Shown here piece after piece: positions 52,001-63,750 of a stretch of 64,000 bases of DNA. The notes beneath the pieces are model-generated. The model did not search any database. It worked only from the letters and a program-made list of their open reading frames with translations, and was not told the origin of the DNA. Location: positions 3,472,001 through 3,536,000 of the forward strand of contig OZ024744.1 in the NCBI GenBank assembly GCA_964016885.1. The letters are read 5' to 3'. The DNA comes from Eledone cirrhosa. Lineage: Eukaryota. The position numbers and the translations under genes are program-made. Position 1 is the stretch's first letter. Each line of letters starts with the position of its first letter.

Positions 52001-55000
52001 TTGGGGGAAGACAAGGTAGAGAAAGATAGCTTGCGAAGAACGAAGTTTTGGGGCAAGACAAGGTAGAGAAAGATAGCTTGGTGAAGAACGAAGTTTTGGT
52101 GGAGGACAAGGTAGAGAAAGATAGCTTGGTGAAGAACGACGTTTTGAGGGAAGACAAGGTAGAGAAAGATAGCTTGGTGAAGAACGAAATTTTGACGGAA
52201 GACAAGGTAGAGAAAGATAGCTTGGTGAAGAATGACGTTTTGTGGGAAGACAAGGTAGAGAAAGATAGCTTGGTGAAGAACGATGTTTTGGGGAAGACAA
52301 TGTAGAGAAAGATAGCGTGGTGAAGAACGAAGTTTTGGGGGAAGACAAGGTAGAGAAAGATAGCTTGGTGAAGAACGAAGTTTTGAGGGAAGACAAGGTA
52401 TAGAAAGATAGCTTGGTGAATAACGAAGTTTTGGGAGAAGACAAGGTAGAGAAAGATAGCTTGGTGAAGAACGAAGTTTTGAGGGAAGACAATGTAGAGA
52501 AAGATAGCTTGGTGAAGAACGAAGTTTTGGGGGAAGACAAGGTAGAGAAAGATAGCTTGGTGAAGAACGAAGTTTTGGGGGAAGACAAGTTAGAGAAAGA
52601 TAGCTTGGTGAAGAACGAAGTTTTGAGGGAAGACAAGGTAGAGAAAGATAGCTTGGTGAAGAACGCCGTTTTGTGGGAAGACAAGGTAGAGAAAGATAGC
52701 TTGGTGAAGAACGAAGTTTTGTGGGAAGACAAGGTAGAGAAAGATAGCTTGGTGAAGAACGAAGTTTTGGGGGAAGACAAGGTAGAGAAAGATAGCTTGG
52801 TGAAGAACGAAGTTTTGGGGGAAGACAAGGTAGAGAAAGATAGCTTGGTGAACAACGAAGTTTTGGGGGAAGACAAGGTAGAGAAAGATAGCTTGGTGAA
52901 GAACGAAGTTTTGGGGAAGACAATGTAGAGAAAGATATATTGGTGAAGAACGAAGTTTTGGGGGAAGACAAGGTAGAGAAAGATAGCTTGGTGAAGAACG
53001 AAGTTTTGAGGGAAGACAAGGTAGAGAAAGATAGATTGGTGAATAACGAAGTTTTGGGAGAAGACAAGGTAGAGAAAGATAGCTTGGTGAAGAACGACGT
53101 TTTGAGGGAAGACAAGGTAGAGAAAGATAGCTTGGTGAAGGACGAAGTTTTGGGGAAGACAATGTAGAGAAAGATAGCTTGGTGAAGAACGAAGTTTTGG
53201 GGGAAGACAAGGTAGAGAAAGATAGCTTGGTGAAGAACGAAGTTTTGGGGGGAAGACAAGGTAGAGAAAGATAGCTTGGTGAAGAACGACGTTTTGAGGG
53301 AAGACAAGGTAGAGAAAGATAGCTTGGTGAAGAACGAAGTTATGGGGAAGACAATGTAGAGAAAGATAGCTTGGTGAAGAACGAAGTTTTGGGGGAAGAC
53401 AAGGTAGAGAAAGATAGCTTGGTGAAGAACGAAGTTCTGAGGGAAGACAAGGTAGAGAAAGATAGCTTGGTGAAGAATGACGTTTTGTGGGAAGACAAGG
53501 TAGAGAAAGATAGGTTGGTGAAGAACGAAGTTTTGTGTGAAGACAAGCTAGAGAAAGATAGCTTGGTGAAGAACGAAGTTTTGGGGGAAGACAAGGTAGA
53601 GAAAGATAGATTGGTGATGAACGAAGTTTTGAGGGATGACAAGGTAGAGAAAGATGACTTGGTGAAGAACGAAGTTTTGGGGGAAGACAAGGTAGAGAAA
53701 GATAGCTTGGTGAAGAACGAAGTTTTGGGGGAAGACAAGGTAGAGAAAGATAGCTTGGTGAAGAACGAAGTTTTGGGGGAAGACAAGGTAGAGAAATATA
53801 GCTTGGTGAAGAACGAAGTTTTGAGGGAAGACAAGGTAGAGAAAGATAGCTTGGTGAAGAACGACGTTTTGTGGGAAGACAAGGTAGAGAAAGATAGCTT
53901 GGTAAAGAACAACGTTTTGAGGGAAGACAAGGTAGAGAAAGATAGCTTGGTGAAGAACGACGTTTTGTGGGAAGACTAAGGTAGAAAAAGATAGCTTGGT
54001 GAAGAACGAAGTTTTGGGGGAAGACAAGGTAGAGAAAGATAGCTTGCGAAGAACGAAGTTTTGGGGCAAGACAAGGTAGAGAAAGATAGCTTGGTGAAGA
54101 ACGAAGTTTTGGGGGAGGACAAAGTAGAGAAAGATAGCTTGGTGAAGAACGACGTTTTGAGGGAAGACAAGGTAGAGAAAGATAGCTTGGTGAAGAACGA
54201 AATTTTGACGGAAGACAAGGTAGAGAAAGATAGCTTGGTGAAGAATGACGTTTTGTGGGAAGACAAGGTAGAGAAAGATAGCTTGGTGAAGAACGAAGTT
54301 TTGAGGGAAGACAAGGTAGAGAAAGATAGCTTGGTGAATAACGAAGTTTTGGGGAAGACAATGTAGAGAAAGATATATTGGTGAAAAACGAAGTTTTGGG
54401 GGAAGACAAGGTAGAGAAAGATAGCTTGGTGAAGAACGAAGTTTTGGGGAAGACAATGTAGAGAAAGATAGCTTGGTGAAGAACGAAGTTTTGGGGGAAG
54501 ACAAGGTAGAGAAAGATAGCTTGGTGAAGAACGACGTTTTGAGGGAAGACAAGGTAGAGAAAGATAGCTTGGTGAAGAACGAAGTTATGGGGAAGACAAT
54601 GTAGAGAAAGATAGCTTGGTGAAGAACGAGGTTTTGGGGGAAGACAAGGTAGAGAAAGATAGCTTGATGAAGAACGAAGTTCTGAGGGAAGACAAGGTAG
54701 AGAAAGATAGCTTGGTGAAGAACGAAGTTTTGGGGGAAGACAAGTTAGAGAAAGATAGCTTGGTGAAGAACGAAGTTTTGAGGGAAGACAAGGTAGAGAA
54801 AGATAGCTTGGTGAAGAACGACGTTTTGTGGGAAGACAAGGTAGAGAAAGATAGCTTGGTGAAGAACGAAGTTTTGTGGGAAGACAAGGTAGAGAAAGAT
54901 AGCTTGGTGAAGAACGAAGTTTTGGGGGAAGACAAGGTAGAGAAAGATAGCTTGGTGAAGAACGAAGTTTTGGGGGAAGACAAGGTAGAGAAAGATAGCT

Positions 55001-58000
55001 TGGTGAACAACGAAGTTTTGGGGGAAGACAAGGTAGAGAAAGATAGCTTGGTGAAGAACGAAGTTTTGGGGAAGACAATGTAGAGAAAGATATATTGGTG
55101 AAGAACGAAGTTTTGGGGGAAGACAAGGTAGAGAAAGATAGCTTGGTGAAGAACGAAGTTTTGAGGGAAGACAAGGTAGAGAAAGATAGATTGGTGAATA
55201 ACGAAGTTTTGGGAGAAGACAAGGTAGAGAAAGATAGCTTGGTGAAGAACGACGTTTTGAGGGAAGACAAGGTAGAGAAAGATAGCTTGGTGAAGGACGA
55301 AGTTTTGGGGAAGACAATGTAGAGAAAGATAGCTTGGTGAAGAACGAAGTTTTGGGGGAAGACAAGGTAGAGAAAGATAGCTTGGTGAAGAACGAAGTTT
55401 TGGGGGGAAGACAAGGTAGAGAAAGATAGCTTGGTGAAGAACGACGTTTTGAGGGAAGACAAGGTAGAGAAAGATAGCTTGGTGAAGAACGAAGTTATGG
55501 GGAAGACAATGTAGAGAAAGATAGCTTGGTGAAGAACGAAGTTTTGGGGGAAGACAAGGTAGAGAAAGATAGCTTGGTGAAGAACGAAGTTCTGAGGGAA
55601 GACAAGGTAGAGAAAGATAGCTTGGTGAAGAATGACGTTTTGTGGGAAGACAAGGTAGAGAAAGATAGGTTGGTGAAGAACGAAGTTTTGTGTGAAGACA
55701 AGCTAGAGAAAGATAGCTTGGTGAAGAACGAAGTTTTGGGGGAAGACAAGGTAGAGAAAGATAGATTGGTGATGAACGAAGTTTTGAGGGATGACAAGGT
55801 AGAGAAAGATGACGTGGTGAAGAACGAAGTTTTGGGGGAAGACAAGGTAGAGAAAGATAGCTTGGTGAAGAACGAAGTTTTGGGGGAAGACAAGGTAGAG
55901 AAAGATAGCTTGGTGAAGAACGAAGTTTTGGGGGAAGACAAGGTAGAGAAATATAGCTTGGTGAAGAACGAAGTTTTGAGGGAAGACAAGGTAGAGAAAG
56001 ATAGCTTGGTGAAGAACGACGTTTTGTGGGAAGACAAGGTAGAGAAAGATAGCTTGGTGAAGAACAACGTTTTGAGGGAAGACAAGGTAGAGAAAGATAG
56101 CTTGGTGAAGAACGACGTTTTGTGGGAAGACTAAGGTAGAAAAAGATAGCTTGGTGAAGAACGAAGTTTTGGGGGAAGACAAGGTAGAGAAAGATAGCTT
56201 GCGAAGAACGAAGTTTTGGGGCAAGACAAGGTAGAGAAAGATAGCTTGGTGAAGAACGAAGTTTTGGGGGAGGACAAGGTAGAGAAAGATAGCTTGGTGA
56301 AGAACGACGTTTTGAGGGAAGACAAGGTAGAGAAAGATAGCTTGGTGAAGAACGAAATTTTGACGGAAGACAAGGTAGAGAAAGATAGCTTGGTGAAGAA
56401 TGACGTTTTGTGGGAAGACAAGGTAGAGAAAGATAGCTTGGTGAAGAACGAAGTTTTGAGGGAAGACAAGGTAGAGAAATATAGCTTGGTGAATAACGAA
56501 GTTTTGGGGAAGACAATGTAGAGAAAGATATATTGGTGAAAAACGAAGTTTTGGGGGAAGACAAGGTAGAGAAAGATAGCTTGGTGAAGAACGAAGTTTT
56601 GAGGGAAGACAAGGTAGAGAAAGATAGCTTGGTGAATAACGAAGTTTTGGGAGAAGACAAGGTAGAGAAAGATAGCTTGGTGAAGAACGACGTTTTGAGG
56701 GAAGACAAGGTAGAGAAAGATAGCTTGGTGAAGAACGAAGTTTTGGGGAAGACAATGTAGAGAAAGATAGCTTGGTGAAGAACGAAGTTTTGGGGGAAGA
56801 CAAGGTAGAGAAAGATAGCTTGGTGAAGAACGACGTTTTGAGGGAAGACAAGGTAGAGAAAGATAGCTTGGTGAAGAACGAAGTTATGGGGAAGACAATG
56901 TAGAGAAAGATAGCTTGGTGAAGAACGAGGTTTTGGGGGAAGACAAGGTAGAGAAAGATAGCTTGATGAAGAACGAAGTTCTGAGGGAAGACAAGGTAGA
57001 GAAAGATAGCTTGGTGAAGAACGAAGTTTTGGGAGAAGACAAGGTAGAGAAAGATATCTTGGTGAAGAACGAAGTTTTGACGGAAGACAAGGTAGAGAAA
57101 GATAGCTTGGTGAAGAATGACGTTTTGTGGGAAGACAAGGTAGAGAAAGATAGGTTGGTGAAGAACGAAGTTTTGTGTGAAGACAAGCTAGAGAAAGATA
57201 GCTTGGTGAAGAACGAAGTTTTGGGGGAAGACAAGGTAGAGAAAGATAGATTGGTGAAGAACGAAGTTTTGAGGGAAGACAAGGTAGAGAAAGATAGCTT
57301 GGTGAAGAACGACGTTTTGTGGGAAGACAAGGTAGAGAAAGATAGCTTGGTGAAGAACGAAGTTTTGTGGGAAGTCAAGGTAGAGAAAGATAGCTTGGTG
57401 AAGAACGAAGTTTTGGGGGAAGACAAGGTAGAGAAAGATAGCTTGGTGAAGAACGAAGTTTTGGGGAAGACAAGGTAGAAAAAGATAGCTTGGTGAATAA
57501 CGAAGTTTTGGGAGAAGACAAGGTAGAGAAAGATAGCTTGGTGAAGAACGACGTTTTGAGGGAAGACAAGGTAGAGAAAGATAGCTTGGTGAAGAACGAA
57601 GTTTTGGGGAAGACAATGTAGAGAAAGATAGCTTGGTGAAGAACGAAGTTTTGGGGGAAGACAAGGTAGAGAAAGATAGCTTGGTGAAGAACGAAGTTTT
57701 GGGGGAAGACATGGTAGAGAAAGATAGCTTGGTGAAGAACGACGTTTTGAGGGAAGACAAGGTAGAGAAAGATAGCTTGGTGAAGAACGAAGTTTTGGGG
57801 AAGACAATGTAGAGAAAGATAGCTTGGTGAAGAACGAAGTTTTGGGGGAAAACAAGGTAGAGAAAGATAGCTTGTTGAAGAACGAAGTTCTGAGGGAAGG
57901 CAAGGTAGAGAAAGATAGCTTGGTGAAGAACGAAGTTTTGGGAGAAGACAAGTTAGAGAAAGATATCTTGGTGAAGAACGAAGTTTTGACGGAAGACAAG

Positions 58001-59214
58001 GTAGAGAAAGATAGCTTGGTGAAGAATGACGTTTTGTGGGAAGACAAGGTAGAGAAAGATAGCTTGGTGAAGAACGAAGTTTTGTGTGAAGACAAGCTAG
58101 AGAAAGATAGCTTGGTGAAGAACGAAGTTTTGTGGGAAGACAAGGTAGAGAAAGATAGATTGGTGAAGAACGAAGTTTTGAGGGATGACAAGGTAGAGAA
58201 AGATGACTTGGTGAAGAACGAAGTTTTGGGTGAAGACAAGGTAGAGAAAGATAGCTTGGTGAAGAACGAAGTTTTGGGGGAAGAGAAGGTAGAGAAAGAT
58301 AGCTTGGTGAAGAACAAATTTTTGAGGGAAGACAAGGTAGAGAAAGATAGCTTGGTGAATAACGAAGTTTTGGGAGAAGACAAGGTAGAGAAAGATAGCT
58401 TGGTGAATAACGAAGTTTTGGGAGAAGACAATGTAGAGAAAGATAGCTTGGTGAAGAACGAAGTTTTGGGGGAAGACAAGGTAGAGAAAGATAGCTTGGT
58501 GAAGAACGAAGTTCTGAGGGAAGACAAAGTAGAGAAAGATAGCTTGGTGAAGAACGAAGTTTTGGGAGAAGACAAGGTAGAGAAAGATATCTTGGTGAAG
58601 ACGAAGTTTTGACGGAAGTCAAGGTAGAGAAAGATAGCTTGGTGAAGAATGACGTTTTGTGGGAAGACAAGGTAGAGAAAGATAGGTTGGTGAAGAACGA
58701 AGTTTTGTGTGAAGACAAGCTAGAGAAAGATAGCTTGGTGAAGAACGAAGTTTTGGGGGAAGACAAGGTAGAGAAAGATAGATTGGAGAAGAACGAAGTT
58801 TTGAGGGATGACAAGGTAGAGAAAGATGACTTGGTGAAGAACGAAGTTTTGGGGGAAGACATGGTAGAGAAAGATAGCTTGGTGAAGAACGAAGTTTTGG
58901 GGGAAGACAAGGTAGAGAAAGATAGCTTGGTGAAGAACGAAGTTTTGGGGGAAGACAAGGTAGAGAAAGATAGCTTGGTGAAGAACGAAGTTTTGAGGGA
59001 AGACAAGGTAGAGAAAGATAGCTTGGTGAATAACGAAGTTTTGGGAGAAGACAAGGTAGAGAAAGATAGCTTGGTGAAGAACGATGTTTTGAGGGAAGAC
59101 AAGGTAGAGAAAGATAGCTTGGTGAAGAACGACGTTTTGAGGGAAGACAAGGTAGAGAAAGATAGGTTGGTGAAGAACGAAGTTTTGTGTGAAGACAAGC
59201 TAGAGAAAGATAGC
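38526..59214 (+). repeat. Tandem duplication of a ~10.2-10.4-kb segment (38526-48966 / 48967-59214)
   Basis: ORF offsets are 10,391 (39628/50019), 10,200 (41303/51503, 43171/53371, 45326/55526) and 10,248 (46667/56915, 47576/57824, 48361/58609). The offset changes correspond to whole-monomer indels. Confidence 0.9.
42358..46760 (+). repeat. Imperfect tandem duplication of a ~2,155-bp unit, present again at ~52558-57000
   Basis: ORFs 42740/44895, 43171/45326 and 43861/46016 are offset by 2,155, as are 53371/55526. Markers GACTAAGG, GACAAGTTAG and GTGAAAAACG. Confidence 0.85.
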
Positions 59215-62200
59215 TTGGTGAAGAACGAGGTTTTGGGGGAAGAAAAGGTAGAGAAAGATAGCTTGGTGAACAACGAAGTTCTGGGGGAAGACAAGGTAGA
59301 AAAAGATAGCTTGGTAAAGAACGAAGTTTTGGGGAAAACAATGTAGAGAAAGATATCTTGGTGAAGAACGAAGTTTTGGGGGAAGACAAGGTGGAGAAAG
59401 ATAGCTTGGTGAAGAACGAAGTTTTGAGGGAAGACAAGGTAGAGAAATATAGCTTAGTGAATAACGAAGTTTTGGGAGAAGACAAGGTAGAGAAAGATAG
59501 CTTGGTGAAGAACGATGTTTTGAGGGAAGACAAGGTAGAGAAAGATAGCTTGGTGAAGAACGACGTTTTGAGGGAAGACAAGGTAGAGAAAGATAGGTTG
59601 GTGAAGAACGAAGTTTTGTGTGAAGACAAGCTAGAGAAAGATAGCTTGGTGAAGAACGAAGTTTTGGGGGAAGACAAGGTAGAGAAAGATAGCTTGGTGA
59701 ACAACGAAGTTCTGGGGGAAGACAAGGTAGAAAAAGATAGCTTGGTAAAGAACGAAGTTTTGGGGAAAACAATGTAGAGAAAGATATCTTGGTGAAGAAC
59801 GAAGTTTTGGGGGAAGACAAGGTGGAGAAAGATAGCTTGGTGAAGAACGAAGTTTTGAGGGAAGACAAGGTAGAGAAAGATAGCTTGGTGAATAACGAAG
59901 TTTCGGGGAAGACAATGTAGAGAAAGATAGCTTGGTGAAGAACGAAGTTTTGGGGGAAAACAAGGTAGAGAAAGATAGCTTGTTGAAGAACGAAGTTCTG
60001 AGGGAAGGCAAGGTAGAGAAAGATAGCTTGGTGAAGAACGAAGTTTTGGGAGAAGACAAGTTAGAGAAAGATATCTTGGTGAAGAACGAAGTTTTGACGG
60101 AAGACAAGGTAGAGAAAGATAGCTTGGTGAAGAATGACGTTTTGTGGGAAGACAAGGTAGAGAAAGATAGCTTGGTGAAGAACGAAGTTTTGTGTGAAGA
60201 CAAGCTAGAGAAAGATAGCTTGGTGAAGAACGAAGTTTTGTGGGAAGACAAGGTAGAGAAAGATAGATTGGTGAAGAACGAAGTTTTGAGGGATGACAAG
60301 GTAGAGAAAGATGACTTGGTGAAGAACGAAGTTTTGGGTGAAGACAAGGTAGAGAAAGATAGCTTGGTGAAGAACGAAGTTTTGGGGGAAGAGAAGGTAG
60401 AGAAAGATAGCTTGGTGAAGAACAAATTTTTGAGGGAAGACAAGGTAGAGAAAGATAGCTTGGTGAATAACGAAGTTTTGGGAGAAGACAAGGTAGAGAA
60501 AGATAGCTTGGTGAATAACGAAGTTTTGGGAGAAGACAATGTAGAGAAAGATAGCTTGGTGAAGAACGAAGTTTTGGGGGAAGACAAGGTAGAGAAAGAT
60601 AGCTTGGTGAAGAACGAAGTTCTGAGGGAAGACAAGGTAGAGAAAGATAGCTTGGTGAAGAACGAAGTTTTGGGAGAAGACAAGGTAGAGAAAGATATCT
60701 TGGTGAAGACGAAGTTTTGACGGAAGTCAAGGTAGAGAAAGATAGCTTGGTGAAGAATGACGTTTTGTGGGAAGACAAGGTAGAGAAAGATAGGTTGGTG
60801 AAGAACGAAGTTTTGTGTGAAGACAAGCTAGAGAAAGATAGCTTGGTGAAGAACGAAGTTTTGGGGGAAGACAAGGTAGAGAAAGATAGATTGGTGAAGA
60901 ACGAAGTTTTGAGGGATGACAAGGTAGAGAAAGATGACTTGGTGAAGAACGAAGTTTTGGGGGAAGACATGGTAGAGAAAGATAGCTTGGTGAAGAACGA
61001 AGTTTTGGGGGAAGACAAGGTAGAGAAAGATAGCTTGGTGAAGAACGAAGTTTTGGGGGAAGACAAGGTAGAGAAAGATAGCTTGGTGAAGAACGAAGTT
61101 TTGAGGGAAGACAAGGTAGAGAAAGATAGCTTGGTGAATAACGAAGTTTTGGGAGAAGACAAGGTAGAGAAAGATAGCTTGGTGAAGAACGATGTTTTGA
61201 GGGAAGACAAGGTAGAGAAAGATAGCTTGGTGAAGAACGACGTTTTGAGGGAAGACAAGGTAGAGAAAGATAGGTTGGTGAAGAACGAAGTTTTGTGTGA
61301 AGACAAGCTAGAGAAAGATAGCTTGGTGAAGAACGAGGTTTTGGGGGAAGAAAAGGTAGAGAAAGATAGCTTGGTGAACAACGAAGTTCTGGGGGAAGAC
61401 AAGGTAGAAAAAGATAGCTTGGTAAAGAACGAAGTTTTGGGGAAAACAATGTAGAGAAAGATATCTTGGTGAAGAACGAAGTTTTGGGGGAAGACAAGGT
61501 GGAGAAAGATAGCTTGGTGAATAACGAAGTTTTGGGAGAAGACAAGGTAGAGAAAGATAACTTGGTGAAGAACGATGTTTTGAGGGAAGACAAGGTAGAG
61601 AAAGATAGCTTGGTGAATAACGAAGTTTTGGGAGAAGACAAGGTAGAGAAAGATAACTTGGTGAAGAACGATGTTTTGAGGGAAGACAAGGTAGAGAAAG
61701 ATAGCTTGGTGAAGAACGACGTTTTGAGGGAAGACAAGGTAGAGAAAGATAGGTTGGTGAAGAACGAAGTTTTGTGTGAAGACAAGCTAGAGAAAGATAG
61801 CTTGGTGAAGAACGAAGTTTTGGGGGAAGACAAGGTAGAGAAAGATAGCTTGGTGAACAACGAAGTTCTGGGGGAAGACAAGGTAGAAAAAGATAGCTTG
61901 GTAAAGAACGAAGTTTTGGGGAAAACAACGTAGAGAAAGATATCTTGGTGAAGAACGAAGTTTTGGGGGAAGACAAGGTGGAGAAAGATAGCTTGGTGAA
62001 GAACGAAGTTTTGAGGGAAGACATGGTAGAGAAAGATAGCTTGGTGAATAACGAAGTTTTGGGAGAAGACAAGGTAGAGAAAGATAGCTTGGTGAAGAAC
62101 GACGTTTTGAGGGAAGACAAGGTAGAGAAAGATAGCTTGGTGAAGAACGAAGTTTTGGGGAAGACAATGTAGAGAAAGATAGCTTGGTGAAGAACGAAGT

Positions 62201-63750
62201 TTTGGGGGAAGACAAGGTAGAGAAAGATAGCTTGGTGAAGAACGAAGTTTTGGGGGAAGACAAGGTAGAGAAAGATAGCTTGGTGAAGAACGACGTTTTG
62301 AGGGAAGACAAGGTAGAGAAAGATAGCTTGGTGAAGAACGAAGTTTTGGGGAAGACAATGTAGAGAAAGATAGCTTGGTGAAGAACGAAGTTTTGGGGGA
62401 AAACAAGGTAGAGAAAGATAGCTTGTTGAAGAACGAAGTTCTGAGGGAAGGCAAGGTAGAGAAAGATAGCTTGGTGAAGAACGAAGTTTTGGGAGAAGAC
62501 AAGGTAGAGAAAGATATCTTGGTGAAGAACGAAGTTTTGACGGAAGACAAGGTAGAGAAAGATAGCTTGGTGAAGAATGACGTTTTGTGGGAAGACAAGG
62601 TAGAGAAAGATAGCTTGGTGAAGAACGAAGTTTTGTGTGAAGACAAGCTAGAGAAAGATAGCTTGGTGAAGAACGAAGTTTTGTGGGAAGACAAGGTAGA
62701 GAAAGATAGATTGGTGAAGAACGAAGTTTTGAGGGATGACAAGGTAGAGAAAGATGACTTGGTGAAGAACGAAGTTTTGGGTGAAGACAAGGTAGAGAAA
62801 GATAGCTTGGTGAAGAACGAAGTTTTGGGGGAAGAGAAGGTAGAGAAAGATAGCTTGGTGAAGAACAAATTTTTGAGGGAAGACAAGGTAGAGAAAGATA
62901 GCTTGGTGAATAACGAAGTTTTGGGAGAAGACAAGGTAGAGAAAGATAGCTTGGTGAATAACGAAGTTTTGGAAGAAGACAATGTAGAGAAAGATAGCTT
63001 GGTGAAGAACGAAGTTTTGGGGGAAGACAAGGTAGAGAAAGATAGCTTGGTGAAGAACGAAGTTCTGAGGGAAGACAAGGTAGAGAAAGATAGCTTGGTG
63101 AAGAACGAAGTTTTGGGAGAAGACAAGGTAGAGAAAGATATCTTGGTGAAGACGAAGTTTTGACGGAAGTCAAGGTAGAGAAAGATAGCTTGGTGAAGAA
63201 TGACGTTTTGTGGGAAGACAAGGTAGAGAAAGATAGGTTGGTGAAGAACGAAGTTTTGTGTGAAGACAAGCTAGAGAAAGATAGCTTGGTGAAGAACGAA
63301 GTTTTGGGGGAAGACAAGGTAGAGAAAGATAGATTGGTGAAGAACGAAGTTTTGAGGGATGACAAGGTAGAGAAAGATGACTTGGTGAAGAACGAAGTTT
63401 TGGGGGAAGACATGGTAGAGAAAGATAGCTTGGTGAAGAACGAAGTTTTGGAGGAAGACAAGGTAGAGAAAGATAGCTTGGTGTAAGAACGAAGTTTTGG
63501 GGGAAGACAAGGTAGAGAAAGATAGCTTGGTGAAGAACGAAGTTTTGAGGGAAGACAAGGTAGAGAAAGATAGCTTGGTGAATAACGAAGTTTTGGGAGA
63601 AGACAAGGTAGAGAAAGATAGCTTGGTGAAGAACGATGTTTTGAGGGAAGACAAGGTAGAGAAAGATAGCTTGGTGAAGAACGACGTTTTGAGGGAAGAC
63701 AAGGTAGAGAAAGATAGCTTGGTGAAGAACGACGTTTTGTGGGAAGACAA
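57824..63750 (+). repeat. Three tandem copies of a ~2.1-2.4-kb higher-order unit of right-domain monomers
   Basis: A near-identical 262-aa ORF occurs at 57824, 59932 and 62375 (offsets 2,108 and 2,443) and also at 47576. Markers GGAAAACAAGG, GAAGGCAAGG, AACAAATTTTT and GTGAAGACGAAG. Confidence 0.88.

Noticed and set aside
31-62374. Poly-G phase variation or programmed frameshifting controlling a giant repeat protein
   Set aside because: G4 and G6 states are inherited with linked SNPs inside duplicated modules rather than switching independently. A very large number of frameshifts plus in-frame stops would have to be bypassed.
31-62374. G-run length differences as long-read homopolymer errors
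   Set aside because: They co-occur with specific substitutions and recur at the same positions in duplicated blocks. A few singletons (e.g. ~7424, ~9738, ~49035, ~63484) could still be errors.
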